Shown here in pieces: positions 1 through 9,486 of a DNA stretch of 33,053 nucleotides. Position 1 is the first letter of the stretch. The number at the start of each line of letters is the position of its first letter. This DNA comes from Barthelona sp. PAP020. Lineage: Eukaryota. A program made the position numbers and the translations under genes. The notes beneath the pieces were generated by a model. It was not told the origin of the DNA and did not search any database. It saw nothing but the letters and a program-made list of their open reading frames with translations. The stretch lies in contig JARQWU010000098.1 in the NCBI GenBank assembly GCA_040182905.1, forward strand, positions 1 through 33,053. Direction: 5' to 3'.

Positions 1-470
1 GTGTTTATTTGGTTAAAGGCTTTCGAGGCCCGATTGATCTGTTGAAAAACTTTAGATTTTCTAAGGTAAAGTTCAAACTTTAAAATTTTGCTTTTGCAAA
101 AATACAAAAAAATAGGAATGAAGAATTTCTCCGAAATTCTCCTACTTGATCGTTCAAATTACATTTCAGTCCCTCAATTCCCCTCCTGGGATTTTGACTG
201 AAATTTACTAGAATGAGTTTTCTGAGTTTACTTTCTTTGTAAATAAATATAGTTGTTTCACAACTAGACCAATAAATTCCAAGTTCTTTCAATCAGAACA
301 ATTCAAACTTCATCCACTAAATTTTCCAGTTTTGAAAAATTTGGAAAAGTTTAGCTTTGATCATCAGAAGGCTTCTGAAAAGATAGTTGATTTTGTTTGA
401 CAAGTGGACTAATTGGCACAAAAATTTACAAAATTTTATATTTTGTGGAATTTTTACAAAAGATAAATAT

Positions 471-500
471 AATAAATTAAAATAAATTAAAATAAATTAA
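471..500. repeat. short tandem repeat (AATAAATTAA)x3
   Basis: Three exact 10-nt copies in AT-rich non-coding DNA. Confidence 0.7.
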
Positions 501-1049
501 ATTTGAATTGAATTAAAAAGAAATCATACCAACATTTTTTTTAATCATTTTCAAATCATATGAAATAGGCAAAACAATTAAATAAATAAAAAATTTGATA
601 ATTTTCAAAGTTGTTCAAAATTGAAAAGAAACTGGGATAAAAAGCACTCTATTTGAAGCAATTATAAAATAAAACGAAATTTTTACAAATTGATGAAATT
701 GAATTAAAACCTGAAATTTTGATAAATACACATTGATTTTTTGTTACTTTATTTTATAAAGACATTGATTTTGATAAAATAATTAAAGAAAACAAACATA
801 ACATATTATTTATTTTATTTTATTTAATTTATTTTATTTTATTTTTGACTTTTCCCTTTCTCTTTAATTCTTTGGTTCTTCTCCTTTCTGTTTTCTTTAA
901 TTTTGTAAAAAAAAGCGAATATCAGTAGTTAATAAAATAAAAAACTCAAAGACCTTCATATCTCAATTTTATCGGTTAATTTAGAAAAATGAAGCGAAGA
1001 AGAAATGTGGTGTATTTGATAAATTACAATTTTATTTTTTTATCCTTCA

Positions 1050-4000
1050 TCAAATAATTTGTGACAAATCTTCAAACAAACAAACTTGACGATTCGATTT
1101 TGAATCTGTTTCAATTATTTTGATCAAGTTTTTCAACAGTGGATTTGTTATGAGAGCTTTTGAATTACCAATCAATAAGAGCTTGACTTTTGCTCGTGAC
1201 AATAATACGTTAATACGTCGCCAATCATGAATCAATTGTCCAATTGAATTTCTTTCTGGATTATCCAACAATCCAATTATTATATCACGATCTTGACCTT
1301 GAAAAGAATCTGTTGTTGCGACAGTTATTGAATCAAAAATTGCTGAATTTTCCAATGAACGAGATAACATTTTCTTTATTAGCCTAACGTAGTATGAATA
1401 AAGACATATTACACCAATATCCTTATCTTCTACAGCAGAATAACAATATTTCAATAAGATAAGGATTTTACTCAACAAATCTTCATCATTGGTCACATTT
1501 TTGGTGTCTAACCAAATAATTGGATAGATTGGATTCAGTAGCTTATGAGTCAAATGCTGAATTTTCAACTTCTTTCTTGCAACTTGATTTGAAGCACATT
1601 TGAGTTCTCCACAATAAATAAGTCGGCTAACGAGATTGGAAATTGCTTTGTTCATTCGATATTGCAAATTCAACTTGCAAATAGTAGAGGGAAAATTACG
1701 ACATAACATCTCGAACATCGTAAGATCAACGTGATTTCTATCAGGAGATTGAATACGATTTACTGGTGGTAGTTGATAGGGATCACCAAAAAGAAAAAAT
1801 CGTTTTCCTTTCAATGCTGCAGCAATACACATCGGCAAGGGTAATTGACTGGCTTCATCAATAAACACGTGGGAATAAACTTGGTTTTCAAAAGGCAATT
1901 GGGATAACGATGCTGCAGTTGAGGCAATTACAGAGATATTACCAATAATTTGTCGATAAAATGAGATTTTATCTCCTGTGGAGGGAGGTTGCAGTGAAGA
2001 TAATAAAAAGATGGAATCAGTATCTAACATACTGCTGCAAGAACCATTTCTCCACACATATACATTTAATTCTAATAACTTGTTCACAACTTGATCTAAT
2101 GCCAAATTGGTATGGGATACAAGAAGAACATATCCTTCATTGGAAGCGCTTTTAATTTTACTCTGAACTAAAGCTTTGATAGCATGTGCTAAGGTAGTTG
2201 TCTTTCCACATCCTGCCATACCTAATATCAACAAAACATCTTGCATGGAAAAAGCCTTTGAAATGATTTCTTTTTGACACACGTTCAAGGAAGAAGAAAA
2301 ATAAGAATCTGGCGAAACTCGAAATGATGGAGATGATGGAGATGAAGGAACATTAACGATGAATTCAGGAAGATGCGTCTTCAATAGCAAAGATAGCACT
2401 TTATTCTGTTTTTGAGAAAATAATAAAGCTAAGATGGAATGCCGTTGCATCTTAGAAAACCTCAATTCACCCAAAGAGTTTAGATAGACGTGATCATTTC
2501 CAGTACTAAATTCCTCACGAACATCGATCGAACGAGAACAACCAACAACCAAACGATTTTTAAAAATTGGAACCTCAATGACATGATCATCCACACTCTT
2601 TTCATTTCCATTGGGATGAAAAACATTACAACAATCGAAAATAATTTTATCCCTCAGATCAATCTCTTTCAGATATTTCTTTACAAATTCTTCGGCTTCT
2701 ACGCTTGATGAAGGAACGTTGTTTTCAAAAATCTTGGACATATGTTGACAACTGCGCTTTTGAGGGCAATATTCACAGGACCTTTCATTGTCACATTTTG
2801 CTGGGAATTTTGGTTCAATTTCCAAATCTTCAATATCTGAAGGGGTAAAATCAATTTCTTCATCAATTGCATCATTTCTTTTAAAATCAAGCTCCATACT
2901 TTTTTCATTCCGAATATAGCTCAAATAAAAGCTGATACTGTTCGAACGATGAGAAAACAAGTCCCTTACTTCTGTAAAACTAAAATTTGTCTCATAAATA
3001 TCACCGCTTGTAAAGAACAAGATCGATTTTATTATGTTCGTCGAGCAATTGTATTTTTGACAGAACAAAAACATATATAGTTGCAACTGCATTCTGTAAT
3101 GCTGTATGCTGTAATTGTTAAATTTGCCACTCTTTATATCAACAATACAAATGACTTCATTTGACAGTTTAAAGGCTAAATCAATGGAACTGCTGATACC
3201 TAACTCTTGCGAATGGATACCGATTTCACTCCCAAAGAAAGTTAAAATATTCATATTTTTCAGAAAACTTTTGAAATTATCAACAATATTGCGCAAATAT
3301 AAACTAACACTGACTCTTTCTCTTTTGATATAAGCTAAATCTAAGGCAAAGTGCTCAATTGTATCGTCAATCAACAAATTCTCTTTTGCTTTTGAAACAG
3401 GAAAACACAGTGAACACTCTCTAGCAACCAATTGAAGAAAGTAATGAGCAATTTGACCATCCAATGCTGGCTGATTCGTCGAATCAATAAGCAAATCATC
3501 TTCAATACTGTTGAACAATAATCGATTGTCAAACATCAAATCTAAAAACAAACGGCGTGGACAGTTGACACCATTAACTAAAGAGGTCACAGAAACTGTC
3601 AATTGAGGATATAGACATATGAAAACAGGGGAATCAAACGTGATTACACGTAAATTCATGCAATTTTTACTCTCATAAACGATAGAGAATAAATCACCAC
3701 TCATTATGTTCAAGTCTTTCCAATCGTTGTGAAAACAAAAACTGTCACAAGAATCGGATTGCCCATTCACTGGATTTTGTTCATTCATATTTAAAACATT
3801 AAAAGCCTTAACATATCTGCAGCATCGTCTCTCATCCACAAATGAGTACAAACAAACATAAATTTCGACAGGATAGAATGGTTCATTCACAATAGTTGAC
3901 AATTCCTCATATGAATACAATTTGTGCGATTTTTTTGTTTTGAAACCTTCTTTCTTCACTGAAATTATACTTGGAACTACAATATTTGTGGAATCAACAG

Positions 4001-4535
4001 TCTCAGCAATCACATCATCAAAATCCACAGATGAACAATCAGAACTATCAACATTTTCAAAACTTTCTTTGTTTGCAGTCTCATCATCAGCTTCTTTGAA
4101 TAAACATCCAAAAATTGTTTGATCTTTCAATCCTAAAGTTGGTTTTCTTATCGGTGATGCATATTTATCATTATTTGGTGATTTAAGAGGAGAAGGATTG
4201 CAAATATCAGGTGTATTCAATTCATGATATCCAATATCAACAAAATCATCATCAAAACTACTGTTATTATGCTTTTTTGAATCATATATATTACTTTTGT
4301 CTTTTGACATTAAAGGACTCACAGTGGTATCTGGTTCATTGTCATTATTTGGTGTACTTATGATATTTCCTTCCCATTCATTATTAATAAAAGGATTTCG
4401 CTTTAAAGAAGGATTTTCTTTCTCATTTACAATGGTTTCTTCAACATTTTTGATCTCAGCATCTTTTTTTTGAATAAATTGTGTGAAAATTAGTTGTTTC
4501 CTTCTTTGTTTTGTGTTGTTTCTATTCAACACCAT
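1050..4535 (-). CDS. DNA2: DNA replication ATP-dependent helicase/nuclease Dna2
   Basis: 1161-aa ORF. Disordered N-terminus; Fe-S ligands CPRR and CEYCPQKRSC; PD-(D/E)xK nuclease (EIGIHSQELGISSSIDL...DIKSG); SF1B helicase motifs GMAGCGKTT, DEASQ, GDPYQLPP, QYRMN, DSFQGQDRD, RRINVLLSRAK. Confidence 0.92.
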   Translation of the reverse strand: MVLNRNNTKQRRKQLIFTQFIQKKDAEIKNVEETIVNEKENPSLKRNPFINNEWEGNIISTPNNDNEPDTTVSPLMSKDKSNIYDSKKHNNSSFDDDFVDIGYHELNTPDICNPSPLKSPNNDKYASPIRKPTLGLKDQTIFGCLFKEADDETANKESFENVDSSDCSSVDFDDVIAETVDSTNIVVPSIISVKKEGFKTKKSHKLYSYEELSTIVNEPFYPVEIYVCLYSFVDERRCCRYVKAFNVLNMNEQNPVNGQSDSCDSFCFHNDWKDLNIMSGDLFSIVYESKNCMNLRVITFDSPVFICLYPQLTVSVTSLVNGVNCPRRLFLDLMFDNRLLFNSIEDDLLIDSTNQPALDGQIAHYFLQLVARECSLCFPVSKAKENLLIDDTIEHFALDLAYIKRERVSVSLYLRNIVDNFKSFLKNMNILTFFGSEIGIHSQELGISSSIDLAFKLSNEVICIVDIKSGKFNNYSIQHYRMQLQLYMFLFCQKYNCSTNIIKSILFFTSGDIYETNFSFTEVRDLFSHRSNSISFYLSYIRNEKSMELDFKRNDAIDEEIDFTPSDIEDLEIEPKFPAKCDNERSCEYCPQKRSCQHMSKIFENNVPSSSVEAEEFVKKYLKEIDLRDKIIFDCCNVFHPNGNEKSVDDHVIEVPIFKNRLVVGCSRSIDVREEFSTGNDHVYLNSLGELRFSKMQRHSILALLFSQKQNKVLSLLLKTHLPEFIVNVPSSPSSPSFRVSPDSYFSSSLNVCQKEIISKAFSMQDVLLILGMAGCGKTTTLAHAIKALVQSKIKSASNEGYVLLVSHTNLALDQVVNKLLELNVYVWRNGSCSSMLDTDSIFLLSSLQPPSTGDKISFYRQIIGNISVIASTAASLSQLPFENQVYSHVFIDEASQLPLPMCIAAALKGKRFFLFGDPYQLPPVNRIQSPDRNHVDLTMFEMLCRNFPSTICKLNLQYRMNKAISNLVSRLIYCGELKCASNQVARKKLKIQHLTHKLLNPIYPIIWLDTKNVTNDEDLLSKILILLKYCYSAVEDKDIGVICLYSYYVRLIKKMLSRSLENSAIFDSITVATTDSFQGQDRDIIIGLLDNPERNSIGQLIHDWRRINVLLSRAKVKLLLIGNSKALITNPLLKNLIKIIETDSKSNRQVCLFEDLSQII

Positions 4536-4715
4536 ATCATCATGAAAAATCTAAATTTTCCTTTTCGGACAACAAAATTATTTTTTTATAAGAATAAAAA
4601 AGCTTTTTCATCTTTAGAGTAGCTAAATATCAAAATTTTAAAAGAGGTATGAAAGAATTTGAAATCCTTCCAGATTTTTAATAAATATTTTTTTGTTGTC
4701 TTTCATCAGATTATT

Positions 4716-5381
4716 ATGGCTACAAGAAAAAAATTCTTATTGAAAGTCATCCTTTTAGGTGAACCTGGGTATTTTATTATCAGACATAGAAACTAACTTT
4801 CAAGTGTTGGAAAAACTGCTTTAATGACTCAATTCTGTACGAAACGTTTTTCTGCCCAATATAGAGCCACATTGGGTGCTGAATTTCTTTCTAGAGACAT
4901 TGAAATCGATGATAGAAGAGTAAGTCTTCAAATATGGGATACTGCTGGTCATGAAAGATTCCAATCTTTGGGTTCTGTTTTTTTCCGTGGGGCTGATGCT
5001 TGTATTTTAGTTTTTGATGTAACTAATAAGACATCTTTTGATAAACTTACCAATTGGCATCATCAATTCAGTGTTCAAGCCATTAGTTCTGAACCTGACA
5101 CTTTCCCTTTTATTGTTATTGGTAATAAATGCGATAAAGAAGTCGATGAAAGAACCGTTACTCCACATGAAGCCAAGCGTTGGTGTACACATAATGGTTT
5201 TGAATATTTTGAAACCTCTGCAAAAGAAAATACCAATGTTGAAGAGGCTTTCAGAAACGCTGCTAAAAAGGCACTTCAAAGAAGTATGAACAGTGCTGGT
5301 CAGCAGAGTTTTTCAAATGCCATTCCCACAATGGAAGTTCGCAATACAGAGAGTGATGCTGATACTGGTTGTTCTTGTTAA
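4716..5381 (+). CDS. RAB7: Rab7-family small GTPase; exons 4716-4768 and 4805-5381
   Basis: Removing the 36-nt intron restores MATRKKFLLKVILLGEPGVGKT. Also WDTAGHERFQSLG, FPFIVIGNKCD, YFETSAKE and a C-terminal CSC prenylation motif. Confidence 0.9.
4769..4804 (+). other. 36-nt spliceosomal intron in Rab7
   Basis: GTATTT...ACTAAC-TTTC-AAG. Contains an in-frame TAA; removal restores the P-loop. Confidence 0.92.
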
Positions 5382-5493
5382 GTGATTTATTCTTTAAATT
5401 ACAATGAGTTTTGATAAAATTATGATTGATTGTTTGTTTGTTTGAGAAAGTGAGATTTTTTTTTTTCTTTTTGTTCAAAAATTGGCCCCACAA

Positions 5494-6066
5494 ATGAGTT
5501 CAAACGAAGCAAAAAAGGTAGATGGAGATATTGATGTGATGAATGAAGTTCTAAATAGCATGCCTTTGGATTATTTAATTTCTGCACCTATTGTTGCAGC
5601 TAATCGTGCCAATGAGGAAATGCAAAAAAGTACATTAAATTTTATTGAAGATTTATTGGATGAAAACCGATGTTTCAAAACTGCAACTTTCACTGTTCCT
5701 TCCAACAATCAGTATTCATCTAATGATCTCAGCTTAACTGTGCCCATTGCTTCATTGATTAATCCTCCAAGTATGATTGTTAGAGAAGTTGGAATTGATT
5801 TTTCTATGGAAGTTGGCCATACTGAAGTTGATACTTCATCAACAAATATGAAAGCCAAAGGAGGGGTTGATTTACCTTTATTAAAAAAGCCTATTGTTTC
5901 TGGAAAAGTTTCTTCTTCTCAAAGAAGTGAAAGAACAACAGATAGATCAGCTAAATACAGATTAAAACTTATTGCTACACAAGATGAAGTACCTGAAGGT
6001 TTGGCCAGGTTAAATAATATTCTTTCGCAATCAATATATGCCGTTCCAAAATCTAAAAAATTATAA
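5494..6066 (+). CDS. DUF2589-family protein (bacterial-type)
   Basis: Motifs MPLDYLISAPIVAA, VPIASLINPPSM..IDFSMEV and VSGKVSS...RTTDRSAKY...PEGLARLNNIL match the DUF2589 pattern as I recall it. First ATG at 5494. Confidence 0.78.
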   Translation: MSSNEAKKVDGDIDVMNEVLNSMPLDYLISAPIVAANRANEEMQKSTLNFIEDLLDENRCFKTATFTVPSNNQYSSNDLSLTVPIASLINPPSMIVREVGIDFSMEVGHTEVDTSSTNMKAKGGVDLPLLKKPIVSGKVSSSQRSERTTDRSAKYRLKLIATQDEVPEGLARLNNILSQSIYAVPKSKKL

Positions 6067-6431
6067 AATTGTATTTCATCTTCAATAGTCTTTAACGCAG
6101 CCAAATATTTTTAAATAAGATAAATTAATATGTATCACCTGGTTTTTATTTTTGCATCTGAGTTAATGCATGTTTTTTTTGAGAAGGATAAAATAAAGGA
6201 AGATTGAATTGATGATAAAGTTTTATTCAAAATTTAGAAAAGAATACTATCAATTTCAGTGAATAATGATGTGAGAATGTTCCCTTTTGTTTTTGATAAG
6301 AGTTCATTTTTAGAAATTCTTGTTTTAACCATTTGAGATTAAAACCAATAAATAATGATACTTAAAAATCAGTAAAAAAAAGCCATTATTTTTTTATTTG
6401 TTTCAATTTTCATTCAATTTTTTGAGTTTAG

Positions 6432-8498
6432 ATGAGCACAGACATTCAAAAACCAAGACAATGTTTGTTTATACCACATTCTGGGTCGAATGAATTGAAA
6501 AAGTGGAATTCTGATTCACCTGAATGGCTTATTCCAATACTTGATCAACCAGTTATATTATACACTTTAGAAATGATTGAAGCTTCATCTTTTGATGAAG
6601 TTTTTATAGTAATTTCTGATAATGAGAAAGATTTATTGGAAGATCTGTTAAAGACAACCAAATATTCTTCAGAAGGCAGACTCAGTAAAGTTGTTGTAAC
6701 TTTAGTTTCCATATCCAAAGATTATACCAGTTTTGGTGAAATTTTAAGAGCTTTAATTGATACTCCGTTATTTAAGAATGAATTAGAAAAGCATGTTGTT
6801 GTAATACATGGTTGTGTTATTTCGTCTCTAAATTTGAAATCTTTACTTGAATCTCATAAAGAAGCTTTTGGAAAAGAGGATGGATTGTTGTTTACTATTG
6901 CTGCCCAATCTCTAAAGTTGGGGCATTCAAATCAAACGAAATTGTCCCATTCTATTTTCATGGTTGATGAAAATGATATTATGCTTGACTGTGTTGATAG
7001 AAATGAAATTACAAATGTTTCAATTGAGTGTTTCAGAAAAACAGTTGGTAAGCCTTTTTTGATTCGAAATGATTTGAATCGTACTGGGATTTATGTTTTT
7101 TCATACAAGGGTTTTGAAGCAATGGGGTCACTTCATAATTTTGACATTCATCACATCGATGAGTTTTTGAAGCGTATTCAATGGGTATTGGGACAACGTG
7201 TTCGAATTGAGGTTATTGATGCGTCTAATTTAGCAATGAGGATAGACAATTTTAATTCTATGTTTTTGGCTTCAATCAATTATATGAGACATTTTTTTTA
7301 TCCATTAACTCCTCAAAACTTAAGAAATGTGAGTTTAACAGCGTTTGGTACGTATAGAAATCAATCATCCCAATTGAGTCATGATATCTTGATGAGTTCC
7401 CCTTTATTTATTGGGGAACATTCACATATTGGTTCCAAAACGAAATTACAAAGTTGTGTCATCAGTAAAAACTGTTCCATTGGAAAGGACTGTCATTTGG
7501 AGAATTGTTACATTTTACCTGGTGTTAGAGTTGATAATGACATTTCTCTTTCAAATTGTGTGGTCTTACCGAACGTTACAGTAACTAACAGATTGCCCTT
7601 TCCACAAAGCTCAATTATTCAACTTCCTGAAACTAAATTTGAGCGATTACCTTACGTTCATATTGAAAATTCTACAACTGGTACGGAAGACAATTTCAGT
7701 AAGATTAATAGGTTCATCGCACAAACAAAACAAGCGATTGTGTTAGGCATTATTAAAAAAAGTGATTACACTGATGTTTTTTCAGGTATTAAATCTTCCA
7801 GGTTCTCTTTTCAATTAAAAAATCAAGATCTGATCATGCCTATCATGATTGGGTGCATTGATTGTGCACTATTCAAATGTATAAACGATGCTAAGCCTTT
7901 ACAAAGTTTCTTGAATCATTTGATGCAGGCAAAAGATTATTTAAGTTTGAAACAATTCTTTTCAGATGATTCTGAAGACCCAAAAACATTGATTGAAGAA
8001 ATTGTTGCGTATTTGATTGATTTGAAGGAATTAAAGACTGTTGAAGATTTGGAGGAAAATTTCCAGTTTTATAGACTCAGTAATGATGCCTTTTTAAGAC
8101 AGTTCATTTTTGGAGTTGAAAACGATTATGATTGGGAGCAAATTTTGTTGATATGCCAAGAATTATACAAGACTTTCCCATTCATTATCAAACTTTTGTT
8201 TTCAATGAATGTTTTATCAAGAGATAATCTTATTTACTGGATTCAAGATGTTTGGGATCATGCAGAGGAGGAAGATGATGTAGAAAATGCAGAAAATTTG
8301 GATATTCAATTCACTCAAATGTTAACACCTTTGTTACAACAGACTGAAGAAGAGAGCAGTGATGATGAATCTGATTCAGATTATGAGTCGAGTAGTGATG
8401 ACAGTGGTGATTCTGGTGATGATTCTGAAGAAGAAGAAGAAGAAGAAGAAGAAGAAGAAGAAGAAGATGATGATGATGATAGTCAAGAAAGTAGTTAA
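6432..8498 (+). CDS. translation initiation factor eIF2B epsilon subunit-like
   Basis: Nucleotidyltransferase-like N-terminus (PEWLIPILDQPVILYTLE, IRNDL), hexapeptide beta-helix (IGEHSHIG..VISKNCSIGKDC), W2-like helical C-terminus and acidic tail. Confidence 0.8.
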   Translation: MSTDIQKPRQCLFIPHSGSNELKKWNSDSPEWLIPILDQPVILYTLEMIEASSFDEVFIVISDNEKDLLEDLLKTTKYSSEGRLSKVVVTLVSISKDYTSFGEILRALIDTPLFKNELEKHVVVIHGCVISSLNLKSLLESHKEAFGKEDGLLFTIAAQSLKLGHSNQTKLSHSIFMVDENDIMLDCVDRNEITNVSIECFRKTVGKPFLIRNDLNRTGIYVFSYKGFEAMGSLHNFDIHHIDEFLKRIQWVLGQRVRIEVIDASNLAMRIDNFNSMFLASINYMRHFFYPLTPQNLRNVSLTAFGTYRNQSSQLSHDILMSSPLFIGEHSHIGSKTKLQSCVISKNCSIGKDCHLENCYILPGVRVDNDISLSNCVVLPNVTVTNRLPFPQSSIIQLPETKFERLPYVHIENSTTGTEDNFSKINRFIAQTKQAIVLGIIKKSDYTDVFSGIKSSRFSFQLKNQDLIMPIMIGCIDCALFKCINDAKPLQSFLNHLMQAKDYLSLKQFFSDDSEDPKTLIEEIVAYLIDLKELKTVEDLEENFQFYRLSNDAFLRQFIFGVENDYDWEQILLICQELYKTFPFIIKLLFSMNVLSRDNLIYWIQDVWDHAEEEDDVENAENLDIQFTQMLTPLLQQTEEESSDDESDSDYESSSDDSGDSGDDSEEEEEEEEEEEEEDDDDDSQESS
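8427..8480 (+). repeat. coding (GAA)n/(GAT)n microsatellite, poly-Glu/Asp tail
   Basis: GAA run followed by GAT run, in frame with the eIF2B-epsilon tail. Confidence 0.85.
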
Positions 8499-8678
8499 GA
8501 AGAAAATTTGCAATGAATTTATAAAAGAATTGTTTTTTCATATTTTATTTTGACGGTTTTATTGTATTTTTTAACTTTTTTCTGTTGAACATCAATCTTT
8601 AATTAAAATTCTTTTTTGATATTTAGCACTTGTAAATAAATTTCTTTTCAATAATTTTCTTTGTAACTATCATTTTAT

Positions 8679-9323
8679 ATGAGTGTGTGGACTCCTTTAG
8701 AGGCAGATTGTGAATCTTTAAATACATATATCACCAATTTGGGTTGTGAAAATCTTCAATTGGTTGATTTATATGGTTTTGAACAAATGTTTTATGATAT
8801 GGTACCTCAACCTGTTCACGCTTTAATTTTATTATATCCTTTAAATGATTCAATTGTTGAGTTCGAAAAAAAATCAAATTTTGTAGAAAAACCTGAAAAA
8901 ATTACATATCTAAAACAATATATTGGTAATGCTTGTGGTACAATTGCGTTATTACACAGTATCTTGAATACTCAAACTGCTCAAATTCTTCCTGATTCTA
9001 TTTTAGATAAAATTCAAAAATTCAATGGAACTCCTGAAGAGATTGGTAATTTTTTGATGGATTTTGAGAAATTAGAAAGTGTTCATCAAGAATCTGCTGC
9101 TGAACAACTTACTGAAGTTCCTTCTGATGTTGATTTGCATTTTATTGCTTTTGTTGAAAAAGATGGACAATTGTATGAATTGGATGGTAGAAAAGAAGGT
9201 GTTGTTTCAAGGGGACCAATCCTTGAATCTTTTTTATCATCTTGTGGAAATGTTTGTAATGAATATATTTATAACGCCTCTGGTGATTTTAGATTTAATG
9301 CAATGGCTTTGGTTGATGTGTAA
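8679..9323 (+). CDS. ubiquitin C-terminal hydrolase, peptidase C12 (UCH-L3/Yuh1-like)
   Basis: WTPLE, VPQPVHALILLYP, catalytic QYIGNACGTIALLH, LHFIAFV...LYELDGRK. Confidence 0.93.
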   Translation: MSVWTPLEADCESLNTYITNLGCENLQLVDLYGFEQMFYDMVPQPVHALILLYPLNDSIVEFEKKSNFVEKPEKITYLKQYIGNACGTIALLHSILNTQTAQILPDSILDKIQKFNGTPEEIGNFLMDFEKLESVHQESAAEQLTEVPSDVDLHFIAFVEKDGQLYELDGRKEGVVSRGPILESFLSSCGNVCNEYIYNASGDFRFNAMALVDV

Positions 9324-9486
9324 CCACAAATAACTTAAATGTAAATATTTTGTGAATTTTTGTTTTTATCTTATTTTTGGTTTTAGGAATTCTCAACCTA
9401 AGATCAATAATAATCAAACAAAATTGACAAATTCATAAACCAAGGTATGAATATACACACAATTGGAATGTAAAAAAAAAGAAACC

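Noticed and set aside
1..400. Protein-like + strand fragments (VYLVKGFRGPIDLL..., ...FPVLKNLEKFSF...) and ORF 80-292 (-)
   Set aside because: Frames are broken by stops and no CTAAY-type acceptors join them. Could be a decayed gene, but not supportable.
375..535. ATG TTG|GTATGA ... ACTATCTTTTCAG, a possible - strand intron
   Set aside because: Branch motif imperfect, no convincing downstream reading frame, no hosted RNA.
8311..8553. Poly-Leu and poly-Lys ORFs, and similar overlapping ORFs (e.g. 16494-16961, 18133-18513, 21686-22090)
   Set aside because: Alternative-frame or antisense shadows of real genes, often caused by triplet repeats.
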